NCBI GenBank assembly: GCA_009859145.1
Contig: VRVR01000021.1
Coordinates: 20,001-268,000, forward strand
Source of the DNA: Andalucia godoyi And28
Taxonomy: Eukaryota; Protista; Jakobida
DNA: 248,000 nucleotides
Reading direction: 5' to 3'
The notes under the pieces: generated by a model
The model's input: only the letters and a program-made list of their open reading frames with translations
Told to the model about the DNA's origin: nothing
The model's database searches: none
Translations under genes and position numbers: made by a program
Shown here: one piece after another, positions 105,859-115,493 of the stretch
How the letters are laid out: the number at the start of each line of letters is the position of its first letter
How positions within the stretch are numbered: the stretch's first letter is position 1

Positions 105859-108105
105859 TCAGGCAGCCTCGTCCTTCCGCTTCTTCTTGTATTCATTGAT
105901 CAACTCTTCCTGGCTGGATTGAGGTACTGGTGAATGTTGCTTGTATTCCATTGAGAACTCCCCCTTGCCTTGTGTTGCAGAACGAAGATCTGTGGAATAC
106001 CCAAACATTGCTGCGAGAGGGACGTCGCAATCAATCTGCACGAAATCGGATTCTGTCGTTGCATTCGTGATGGTTCCTTTCCGGCGATTCAAACCCCCCA
106101 TAACGACACCTTGAAATTCTACTGGCGCGCTCACCTGCACCTTCATGACGGGTTCCAAAATCACAGGGCGAGCTTCACCGGACGTGGCAGCGAAGACGGA
106201 ACGGAAGGCTCCCATTGCTGCCATGCGAAACGCCATTTCGTTCGAATCGACGGAGTGGGCGGCTCCATCTGTGAGAACAACGCGAACTCCCCAGACCGGG
106301 TGACCAATCAGAGGTCCTTTAGTCACCGCTTCTCGGAAGCCCTTCTCAATCGCGGGGAAGAAGGCAGGAGGAATGGCATTTCCAACGATGCCATTCACAA
106401 ACTCGAATTTCGTCTCCGCATTAGGCGGCAGAGGTTCGACATATCCTGCAACTCGACCGAACTGGCCAGCCCCTCCCGATTGCTTCTTGTGAGTATAATC
106501 AAATGTCACTTTTCCAGTAATTGCCTCACGATAAGCTACGTATGGCGCCGAAGTCGTCACATCGCATTTGTACTCGCGTTTCATTCTTTCCACGTAAATC
106601 TCTAGATGCAATTCTCCCATTCCTGCAATCATTGTGGTCTTTGCCTCTGGATCAAACGACACACGAAACGTAGGATCCTCCTTACTGAAACGCTGCAGGG
106701 CCTTGGAGAAATTCGACGCCGTGTCTTTCTTTGTAGGAGCCACTGCAAGAGACATAACCGGGTCAGGGACGAACATGGAAGACATTGCGATCTTCTCAGC
106801 GGAATTACCGGACAAAAACGTATCACCAGTCGAGCAATCCACACCAAACATTGCTCCAATTTCTCCAGACGAGAGTTCCTCGACATCTTCCATTTCATTT
106901 GAATGCATGCGAACCAGGCGCGGGACCTTAAACTTCTTTCCGGACGACACATTCACAAGATTGTCCCCACGGCGCAAAGTTCCTTGGTACACTCGGACGT
107001 ACGTGAGCTGTCCAAAACGTCCGTCATCCAACTTGAAGGCCAAAGCTACGCAATCCAAGGACGGATCAGATGTCAGAGTAATCGGTGTTTCCACAGAGGT
107101 AGGATTGCCCAATTCGTCATTGCCCTGGGTAATACGTAATGCATTGATCGCCTTTTCGGTAGGACTCGGCAGGTACTTGAGAACTCCATCAAGCAGTGGT
107201 TGGATGCCCTTGTTCTTGAAGGCCGAGCCACAGAAAACGGGAGTGAACTTCAAGGCCAGCGTTTGGCGCCTTATCGCAGCTTCGATCTGCTCCGCTGAAG
107301 GATGTTCCTCATTGAGAATCTGTTCCGCAATAGCGTCATCGATGTCACCAAGGCGATCAACGAGCTCCTGTCGAATATCCTTCACCCGTTCACGTACTTC
107401 AGTGGGAATCGTATCGGAAAGAACCAGCTTCTCCCCACGGTCTCCTTCAAAATGCATCGTCTGCTCCCGAATGACGTCCACAATGTCGCGAAAGTTCTCT
107501 TCAACACCAACAGGAACCTGCAGCAGAGACGCATTCAGTTTGAGCTTGTCTCTCAGCTGCTGGGTAACGCGAAATGGAGAAGCCCCCTGCCGATCCAACT
107601 TGTTGACAAACGCGACTCTCGGGACCCCATACCTCCGCATTTGGCGATCAACTGTATAGGACTGAGACTGAACACCAGAAACGCCGCACAAAACCATAAT
107701 GGCACCGTCCAAAACTCTCAATGCACGTTCTACTTCAATCGTGAAGTCAACGTGTCCCGGAGTATCAATAATGTTAACCTGATTTCCTTTCCATGTGCAG
107801 TAGGTGGCAGCAGATTGAATTGTAATTCCTTTTTCTCGTTCCAGATCCATAGAATCCATCTTCGCTCCAACACCGTCCTTTCCCTTCACTTCATGAATCT
107901 CGTGAATCCTTCCTGTGTAGAATAGAATGCGTTCCGTCAGGGTCGTTTTGCCGGAGTCGATATGCGCCGAAATGCCAATATTTCGAGTATTCCGCAAAAC
108001 ATCAGACGGAGTGAACGAATTTGACGAGAACAACCGCCGAGACAACAGCCGAAACATGATAAACACTCTCGAGAAACAAAAACAAAAAAATAAGATGGCA
108101 GACAA
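105859..108105 (-). CDS. GFM1: Mitochondrial elongation factor G1
   Basis: [32 protein letters not shown] and [10 protein letters not shown]; N-terminal targeting-like peptide. Confidence 0.97.
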   Translation of the reverse strand: MSAILFFCFCFSRVFIMFRLLSRRLFSSNSFTPSDVLRNTRNIGISAHIDSGKTTLTERILFYTGRIHEIHEVKGKDGVGAKMDSMDLEREKGITIQSAATYCTWKGNQVNIIDTPGHVDFTIEVERALRVLDGAIMVLCGVSGVQSQSYTVDRQMRRYGVPRVAFVNKLDRQGASPFRVTQQLRDKLKLNASLLQVPVGVEENFRDIVDVIREQTMHFEGDRGEKLVLSDTIPTEVRERVKDIRQELVDRLGDIDDAIAEQILNEEHPSAEQIEAAIRRQTLALKFTPVFCGSAFKNKGIQPLLDGVLKYLPSPTEKAINALRITQGNDELGNPTSVETPITLTSDPSLDCVALAFKLDDGRFGQLTYVRVYQGTLRRGDNLVNVSSGKKFKVPRLVRMHSNEMEDVEELSSGEIGAMFGVDCSTGDTFLSGNSAEKIAMSSMFVPDPVMSLAVAPTKKDTASNFSKALQRFSKEDPTFRVSFDPEAKTTMIAGMGELHLEIYVERMKREYKCDVTTSAPYVAYREAITGKVTFDYTHKKQSGGAGQFGRVAGYVEPLPPNAETKFEFVNGIVGNAIPPAFFPAIEKGFREAVTKGPLIGHPVWGVRVVLTDGAAHSVDSNEMAFRMAAMGAFRSVFAATSGEARPVILEPVMKVQVSAPVEFQGVVMGGLNRRKGTITNATTESDFVQIDCDVPLAAMFGYSTDLRSATQGKGEFSMEYKQHSPVPQSSQEELINEYKKKRKDEAA

Positions 108106-108273
108106 GGAAGGGGAAAAATACAGTTGTGAAGAAAAGGAGGAAAAGAAGAGGAAAACGACACAGACGAAAGTTGATCAACTTTGGCAGAATTAAAAACCTG
108201 AAGGATGGAAAAAACAGCGAAAAAGCAAAATTGTTTACGTCTGTTGTGCATAATTACGACGTCTATCGCCTCC

Positions 108274-108345
108274 ACGCCTACATTGTACACTGATTACGCA
108301 TGACCATCGCCAGTCATGCGTAATCAGTGCTGCAACCCCGGACTC
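108274..108345 (+). repeat. Family B 5' fragment containing a perfect 17-bp hairpin
   Basis: acgcctacattgtacac start; stem cactgattacgcatgac / gtcatgcgtaatcagtg at 108288-108329. Confidence 0.75.
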
Positions 108346-108658
108346 TGTTGCAGTAACGAGAAGGGAATAGGCCTCAATACGTACTTCGGCGTTCAAGTCG
108401 CGACCAATCCGTCGTCCGACATGCACACCGTGGACATGTAAAGGTTCTGTTCCAACGGAAGTGACGGGTGGGACATGCCCCACCGTCCGCATGTCTTGGA
108501 AGAACACTCTTCCGTGACGATCGCGGTCTGACCTGGAAGCCCCTGAACTCGTGTACTTTGTGCAACAACAATCACTGCTGAAACTCATAATGGTCCCCCA
108601 CGACAGCATCTTCGACGCCATTGAAAATGGGGGGGAAACGGTACGATGCAAAACGATT

Positions 108659-111238
108659 CTAAGAACTATCTGGACGACGGGAGGACTGGGGCAAAGGAAT
108701 AAGAACTGGCACTAAGCTAGAAATTCTGTCCAGGATCGGAGCCTTGCTGTCCGGCTGTAAACTGCACGCTGCATGATCTGCAGCGGCGCGATTCGCAAGC
108801 GCACTGTTCTCTGTGATTAAACCCGATTCCAGAGATGACGCATCGTTTCGAACACGGACACCGTGTTCGGCAACGTCGTCGACTTTCTCGGCAGATAAGA
108901 TCTTCAACCAATGCTTCGTTCGTTTCATTAGGACAGCAAAACAAGACGGGTAACACTTCTGCTGCGAGACGCGCTTCAGCTTGACAAGCACTCCATACTT
109001 GAAGAAGTCCGGAAGACAGCTGAAGTCCAAATCTGCGGTCTGCAGCATGTCGAGGACCTCCGCAACATTCTTTCCGGCCATTTCCTCCTGAGAATACCTC
109101 GTACGAGCGTACGCATTCACTGCATTGCGGAACCCATCATCCATGCGAGACAGCGTGTACACAAGCATCGAATGATCATCCGGAAGATTGAACACTCGAG
109201 CATCAAAATGGGAACGACAGCCATAGATTACCTTGATGGCTTTCGAATCATAACCATTATCTTTTGTAAACGGCTGCTTCATCATGTGATAATTGAACCG
109301 TGTTGCTGCAAAAGACGCAAATACAGAGCAAATTTTCTGCATTCGTCCAGAAAACATAGGGCGCCATGATTCACGCTTCTGCGGATCCTCTGGAGGAAAA
109401 AACAAGAGAGAGATTTCGTCAGTTTCACAATAAGCAGCGTTGGCTTTAAATTCCACCAACAGATCAGAAGCAGTGTGCGCCATTGCGCGAAAGAAAAAGA
109501 TGTCGAAAGGCTTTTTGAGATTTTTCACGAACTTGCTGAACGCCCTCCCATCCAACCGTACGACATACGGTTTGTCAGGAAGAATGCCGTGCTCCCATTC
109601 TTTTTCCTTTGTGCGGAAGGACTTTCCGGCATCCAAATTCTGGTACATATTTGCGAGCATAGCCCCAACAGACTCCGGGAGTCCAACAGCTGCCGTGGCG
109701 TTTGTGAAATGAAGAACACCGTACTCATCAGACTCCGGTGGCAATTTTCTGGAGATTGCTAGAGCTCGTAGCCGTTGCTCTTCTTCAACAACTTTCAGGT
109801 GATCTCCTACGTAGTCATCTACGGACATCACTCCTCCAGGGACAAGTCTTTCCAATGATTCAGTAAAATTTGATGGAAACTGTCCTCGTACATCGGAGGA
109901 AATAGAAGAAGCAAGAACTGGCTGCGTAATCATGTCACCACCGTTAGTTAAATCATCGTCGTCATCAGACTCCGACTCCGACTCAGACTCAGACTCAGAC
110001 TCAGACTCATCCGCAACAACAAATGACCGTGTCAAATTTGATCGCACCACGCTTGGAAATCTGTCATCGTCGCAATCGACATTCTTTGGCTCTGCGTCTT
110101 CCTCGGAAACGGCTTCGTCGTCTGACTGTGGCAAACTGGAAATATTCACTTCACCACCTCTGCGTCTTTCGGATGAATCAGCTTCAAGCACAGCAGTGCG
110201 GGGTTTCTTAGCAACCTTGGAAGCCTGCAGATCGGTACTTGCCAATCTACGTTTCTTACCAAGTGGGTTGAGTAAATTCAACCTTTCGCACCACAAAATG
110301 TCATAAACAACCAGGAAATCAGAAGGGTTCAAAGAGTGGTAGAGAGATGAAACCCTCTCTGCAGCTTCCAAACAGTCCACCTCCGAGGGGAGACGACAGC
110401 TTCTCATTATGTAGTCAATTTGGACAGCACTTCCATCTTGCATAGCAATTTGGCGAGCAATAGACGCCAGGTACCGATATACCCACGTCTGCTTGCCCGT
110501 TGCGATGAGGTTTTGCGCATTGTCGGGTAATGTAAACAATTCCAAATGCTCGTCTCGAGAAAACGATGTCGACTCGGGATGCGCGTTTCCTTCAGTTTGC
110601 AGCGCGCCGAAGGATGCCGCAGGAGACGGAGGCTCCTTGTGCAAGGACGGTTGAACGGGAATCGCATCCTTCTCCGTGACCACCTTTTGAGAAATTGCAG
110701 GTCTGTCAGAAGCAGGTGACTGATGCAAGAGGTGAAGCAATACGTTGGACAGTGCGCCTATTTGTTCTTTGAACTTCCTGTCAATGACGTCAGTCATCCT
110801 GTCTTCCATCTGCCTCATCTGTGACATCACAGCCCGCTTAATACCCTCTTCAACAGCGACGTTGACGGCAGACGTTGAAACACTCTTCGACGGAGTTGCC
110901 ATTCCAGGTGTTGGAAGCGTCATGGCGGGCGATGATGGAGGAAGCAACGCAGCAAACTCATCGAAATATGAAAACTTGGATGCACTTCCATCTTTTTTTG
111001 AGACGCTTGGACGGTGCATCGAGGTTGAAGAGAGAAACAATCCTGCTTCAGAAAGCTGAGCTCTCGTTTTTTGTGATTGAACTGGTGTCGGTTTTGGGGG
111101 GGGGTTTCCCGACTGAGTTTTTTGCTTTCGACAGTTGTCAAAAGTTCGAAACTCGGGAGGAGTCCAAGGAAGTTGAGTCGCTAAAGCAATCCAGCTGTAG
111201 TTGTTCGAAAATCTTTCATTAAGGACGCTCATTAGCAT
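108659..111238 (-). CDS. Thg1-like (TLP) 3'-5' polymerase domain fused to a long N-terminal region
   Basis: C-terminal VVRLDGRAFSKF, YCETDEISL, FSGRMQKICS and FDARVF motifs. Confidence 0.85.
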   Translation of the reverse strand: MLMSVLNERFSNNYSWIALATQLPWTPPEFRTFDNCRKQKTQSGNPPPKPTPVQSQKTRAQLSEAGLFLSSTSMHRPSVSKKDGSASKFSYFDEFAALLPPSSPAMTLPTPGMATPSKSVSTSAVNVAVEEGIKRAVMSQMRQMEDRMTDVIDRKFKEQIGALSNVLLHLLHQSPASDRPAISQKVVTEKDAIPVQPSLHKEPPSPAASFGALQTEGNAHPESTSFSRDEHLELFTLPDNAQNLIATGKQTWVYRYLASIARQIAMQDGSAVQIDYIMRSCRLPSEVDCLEAAERVSSLYHSLNPSDFLVVYDILWCERLNLLNPLGKKRRLASTDLQASKVAKKPRTAVLEADSSERRRGGEVNISSLPQSDDEAVSEEDAEPKNVDCDDDRFPSVVRSNLTRSFVVADESESESESESESESDDDDDLTNGGDMITQPVLASSISSDVRGQFPSNFTESLERLVPGGVMSVDDYVGDHLKVVEEEQRLRALAISRKLPPESDEYGVLHFTNATAAVGLPESVGAMLANMYQNLDAGKSFRTKEKEWEHGILPDKPYVVRLDGRAFSKFVKNLKKPFDIFFFRAMAHTASDLLVEFKANAAYCETDEISLLFFPPEDPQKRESWRPMFSGRMQKICSVFASFAATRFNYHMMKQPFTKDNGYDSKAIKVIYGCRSHFDARVFNLPDDHSMLVYTLSRMDDGFRNAVNAYARTRYSQEEMAGKNVAEVLDMLQTADLDFSCLPDFFKYGVLVKLKRVSQQKCYPSCFAVLMKRTKHWLKILSAEKVDDVAEHGVRVRNDASSLESGLITENSALANRAAADHAACSLQPDSKAPILDRISSLVPVLIPLPQSSRRPDSS

Positions 111239-111387
111239 CTGCGGAAACCCTGGAAACCCTAGCTGCTTTTTTTCCTTCCTGCCAGTCTGGATTTTTATCT
111301 TCTTCTCCGAATTGCCATCTTTTTTTCAATTTTGCAGAATTTTTGATCATAACTGGCCCATTTAGCGAAAGTAGATAGTAGCTTGCC

Positions 111388-111933
111388 ATGTTGATTCCCA
111401 AGAAGGACCGCCGTCTCATTTATGAGTATCTCTTCACCAACGGAGTTCTCGTTGCTGCAAAGAATGTCAACCTTCCGAAGCATTCTGACGAACTCCCCGT
111501 CAAGAACTTGTATGTTACGAAGCTTGCACAGTCTTTGACCTCCAAGGGATTCATTAAGGAGACCTTCGCCTGGCAGCACCACTACTACTACCTCACTGAC
111601 GCTGGTATTAACTACTTGCGTGAGGCTTTGGGTGCACCTGCCGAGGTTGTCCCTTCGACTTTGAAGGAGAAGGCACGTCCTGCCCGTCCCACTTCGCTCC
111701 CCGAGCGTCGTGGACCTCCTCGTGGTGGCTTCCGTGGTGGAGATCGCGAAGGATACCGCCGCAACAACAAGGAAGGTGCCGCCCCTGGCGGTTTCGCACC
111801 TCGTTTTGCTGGCAATGCAGAAGGTGGTGAGCGCCCTGCCCGCTCTGCCGAGGGTGGCGACCGACCTCGTCGCTTCGGAGGACGTGGTGGTGCTCCTCGT
111901 GGCGACCGCGCTCCCGCACAGCCGTCTGCGTAA
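111388..111933 (+). CDS. RPS10: 40S ribosomal protein eS10
   Basis: MLIPKKDRRLIYEYLF and FAWQHHYYYLTDAGINYLRE. Confidence 0.97.
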   Translation: MLIPKKDRRLIYEYLFTNGVLVAAKNVNLPKHSDELPVKNLYVTKLAQSLTSKGFIKETFAWQHHYYYLTDAGINYLREALGAPAEVVPSTLKEKARPARPTSLPERRGPPRGGFRGGDREGYRRNNKEGAAPGGFAPRFAGNAEGGERPARSAEGGDRPRRFGGRGGAPRGDRAPAQPSA

Positions 111934-112395
111934 ATAAAATCCATACAGTTGATCCACGGTTCCGATGTATTTTTAATCCCTATAATGAGTTTGTCGGAAG
112001 ACGTCCTTCTACTCGTTTTTTTAAAATTATCTTTCGTTTTCAAATCACAAAAATACGGCATGGCTCATTTCAGGTCTTCTTGTTGGATTATCCAAATCCG
112101 TTTGTAATTGCATTTCAACAGCCTCCCCCGCATGCGTTTATTCTTAATCCCACAGCTGGGATCATTCGTACCATCAGCACGAAAAAGCGGACCGCTCCTG
112201 CGAAGTTCAGAGGGGTCACTGCCGCTGCATTTCTGCGTGAAACTGTCCAGCAACTCGACTGGGTATTTTTTTGCCTTCCACAGACATTATCACTTCAACG
112301 GTTTTCCCATAATTTTCCTTTTATGAAGGTTAACTCGTCGCCTGTCGGCTGTGCGTTGAAACTGTTGTAACCAACCTGATTCTGGCTCCCGCTTC

Positions 112396-112840
112396 CGCTC
112401 GCCAAAACATGAATCATTATCGATCATCATCGGCTAAGCTGTCACCGAAGACAGATCCAAGCCACATGTTTTTGTTTTCTGTGTTTTTATTGGGGAGGGG
112501 GGGCGAGCACCAGCTCTTCAACGCAGACTGCTGTGCATCAAAGAGTCGTCGCTTCTTCATCAACGGGTTCTTTGGGTCTCCGCATCTTCGGGCATGGCCG
112601 GTGTGAGTTGGTCGGGAAGATCCCTCTTTGGAGCCATGCGATTTTTTGTCTTTGATGAAATGTGCTGTTTGAGGGTCCGATTTTGAAAAACAAACAGAAG
112701 AAGAAAAAGGAAAAGATTGAAAAGTGAAGAATGAAGACATTCTAGACTTGACTACGGTAAGAAAATCGCGTCCCCCGTAGGGTTAGATAAGCAAACTTCC
112801 GGTATGATGTTGTTTGATGCTCAACTTTGATAAACACAAA
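112396..112840 (+). repeat. Dispersed repeat family D, near full-length copy
   Basis: Near-identical to the reverse complement of 137340-137735 (identical spurious ORF starts at 112417 and 137401). Confidence 0.9.
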
Positions 112841-112944
112841 AAGCTAGCAGCCGCCGTCCATCCTGAGGTTTTTCCGTTTTCTGCTCTCTGTTCTTTCTGC
112901 TCTGTCTGGTTCTCTGTGCATTAATTGTTCCGAGTCCACACGAC

Positions 112945-114309
112945 ATGGACCCGAATTTTGCTCCCAGTCAGGTTCTTTCGTATCTCCAGAGCCATGGGAT
113001 ATTTGACCAACTTGTATCTGAAGGAGTGCTGCAAATTCAAGCGCATGATTCGTACGCATTCCTGAAAGACTCTGCAACGCGACAAGTGCACAACTCTGCA
113101 GTATTTTCTGCTGCAAACTCCAGTTCCATGTCGAAACAGGAGATTGTGCGACGCCTGAAGGAAGAACTGATGTCTTCTCGTCTCCGCGAACAACTTACAG
113201 AGCGCGTCTCTCGTCTTTTTGACACTGGGCAAACTGCTTTTGCAAGGGACAGATCTGGTTCTATTCATTCCTCCGCAATGTACATGTCCAAAGTCCGTAC
113301 AGAAGTGGAGAGAGCGGTGGACGCACTCGCGATGAGAGATCAAAATAGAGCGATTGCACAAGCTGGGCCCGTGTTGTTTGGCGATGAGATCACGCAATCC
113401 CATGGAAAGGAAAGCTTGAAAAGCGAGCCAAACCCGTATGGTGTCGGCGTCGCTGCCATCGCACTTCAAAGTCAGCTTTCTTCTTCAGGTACCGCGAGTG
113501 TAGTTTCTAGCATGAAAAATCTTTCTCCAGCTCACGCTGCTTCTGCAAGCTCCTCAACAGCGGTTTCTTCGGGATCTTCTGCGCAAGTGCCGCAGGGTTC
113601 TCCAGCGCACGGCGTGGATGCGTCTACTGCTACGGCGGTTCCGGTAGCCTCTTGTACGACACAGCAGTCTTCCACAGTCGAGTTGGAAAAGCCGCAATCT
113701 TCTGTTCTTTTTGGTGTATCGGACTCTGCCGAGTCGGTTGAGGATAAGGGGGCAACGGATGGCCATTCTTCAGATTTCTCGCCTTCGTTTTCTCCCTCAG
113801 TCCTCACTTTTCCACGCCTTGTGGAGAAGGGCTGTGTTCTTCCTTTTGAGGAATTGGTTGTGCATTCCTCCGGGCCTGCGCACGTGGATAACTTGAATTC
113901 TGTATCTTCTGATCAATTTATCCCCGTCGCGCGGCTAAACAAAGCTAATTATGCTACTGCTTGTTTAGTACGTGATGGAAAGGTCAGGCATTTTTCAACC
114001 GCTGAAAAATTGATGGTGCACGTGTCTACTGTGTTGAACTGGGCATCCACAAATTCCACTGAAGACCTCCAGAATTTTGTGTACTTTCGAAAGCAAGTGG
114101 ACGGTCCTGTTCGACGGTTTCGAACTGTTGTGGAAGAGTGTTCGCGCCAGCCTGATGCTTCAAATACTACAACGCTGAAGAGACGTTTGAAGGATGAATC
114201 GGAACCGGTGGTATCCACTCAGAAGCCGTCCGAGAGTGGAGAGTCTCCAGATCCCGGTGACGAAAGGTACCCAAAACGGTTTCGACGAAAGAAAGAATTT
114301 GCGGACTGA
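112945..114309 (+). CDS. Hypothetical protein
   Basis: 454-aa ORF. Confidence 0.5.
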   Translation: MDPNFAPSQVLSYLQSHGIFDQLVSEGVLQIQAHDSYAFLKDSATRQVHNSAVFSAANSSSMSKQEIVRRLKEELMSSRLREQLTERVSRLFDTGQTAFARDRSGSIHSSAMYMSKVRTEVERAVDALAMRDQNRAIAQAGPVLFGDEITQSHGKESLKSEPNPYGVGVAAIALQSQLSSSGTASVVSSMKNLSPAHAASASSSTAVSSGSSAQVPQGSPAHGVDASTATAVPVASCTTQQSSTVELEKPQSSVLFGVSDSAESVEDKGATDGHSSDFSPSFSPSVLTFPRLVEKGCVLPFEELVVHSSGPAHVDNLNSVSSDQFIPVARLNKANYATACLVRDGKVRHFSTAEKLMVHVSTVLNWASTNSTEDLQNFVYFRKQVDGPVRRFRTVVEECSRQPDASNTTTLKRRLKDESEPVVSTQKPSESGESPDPGDERYPKRFRRKKEFAD

Positions 114310-114352
114310 CCGATTTTTTGTTTTCTAATCATCTGTTTGCTTGCGAGTAGTT

Positions 114353-115390
114353 TTATGCAAATTTCCGGTCTTGAAGAGGTTCTTTTTTGAGATAATCCGT
114401 CAATTTTTGGGAAACCGTCTGAAAAACGTTGCCAGCTTTCAGCGTGACAAACGTCAATCGTTGATCTCCTACGTCACAACTTTGACTTGACAAACCATAA
114501 TATGCCGCGGATGCATGAATGAAGCAACGCTGCCATGAATTCGCAGTGTAGATCACCAATGGATCAAGCAGTGCGTTTTGCTTGTGAAAGTGTTCTTCGT
114601 ATTGTTGCTCGAGGCGTCTCAGGAACGCAGAGTCAGTTCCGTATGTTTTCACGAATGACCGAAGTGTTCGAGGAACGTTTCTCATGCGGTCCACAGCAGT
114701 GCACCCATTTCCATCTGCATTCTTTTTTCTGTCTTTCTTCACAAAGAATTCCCGCTGCTCCGTTTCTGACAACTTTGAAAACGGTTCCCAAAATGCAACG
114801 AAATCGGGGTTCTGAAACGCCATACCAAAAATCGATCGGAAAGGGACTGTTTGTACAAGTTGTTCATCATCTGAATCCGCTGACGTGGCATCAGATTTCA
114901 GATCGTCTTGAAATAAAGGTACGGGTTTCATTCTGGCAGTTCGAACGTTTCCGCGCAGCCGCATTGCTTCTTTGTGATAACGCCGACGTCGTTTGCGAAT
115001 GATTCGTTCCGATAACGGATCTCTGTTTTGTTGTTCGCCTGCAGAATCGACAGTTCCAGAGAGCGATTCCGCAGATCTTATATGAGGCGGTGAGCCAATA
115101 CGATTCGATTCACGATCAGTGGGCTTGGGAGACGCCGTTCGACGAATTCGAATAGCATAGGAATTGCCCGTGGAATCGAACCCGGATTCCGATTCCGATT
115201 CCGAATTCGAGATCATTCCATCAGACACAACATGCCGAGGAATTCGTTGAGAAAAGTCGCCCATTCGTCCAAGGTACGTGAGTGATGAAAGATAGATGAG
115301 GGAAAGGAAGAAGAGGAGGAGGAAGAAAGAAGAAGAAGAAGAAGCAACAATCCTGCAAACCAGAAAAAAGGCAGACCTTGTAGAGAACAA
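114353..115390 (-). CDS. R3H-associated/R3H domain protein (R3HDM4-like)
   Basis: NSWQRCFIHASAAYYGLSSQS R3H-type motif. Confidence 0.7.
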   Translation of the reverse strand: MFSTRSAFFLVCRIVASSSSSFFLLLFFLSLIYLSSLTYLGRMGDFSQRIPRHVVSDGMISNSESESESGFDSTGNSYAIRIRRTASPKPTDRESNRIGSPPHIRSAESLSGTVDSAGEQQNRDPLSERIIRKRRRRYHKEAMRLRGNVRTARMKPVPLFQDDLKSDATSADSDDEQLVQTVPFRSIFGMAFQNPDFVAFWEPFSKLSETEQREFFVKKDRKKNADGNGCTAVDRMRNVPRTLRSFVKTYGTDSAFLRRLEQQYEEHFHKQNALLDPLVIYTANSWQRCFIHASAAYYGLSSQSCDVGDQRLTFVTLKAGNVFQTVSQKLTDYLKKEPLQDRKFA

Positions 115391-115493
115391 TGGTTTCGGG
115401 AATTCGGATCAGGGCTTCAAATCACTTCAACTTGTCTGAGAAGAATCAAGCATAGCATCAATCCATGCTGTCCGTTACTTTTCAGACAGCGTT

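Noticed and set aside
106634-107925. Long antisense ORFs (e.g. 341 aa opposite EF-G, 369 aa opposite 61245, 380 aa opposite the amylase)
   Set aside because: They are shadow frames of strongly coding genes.
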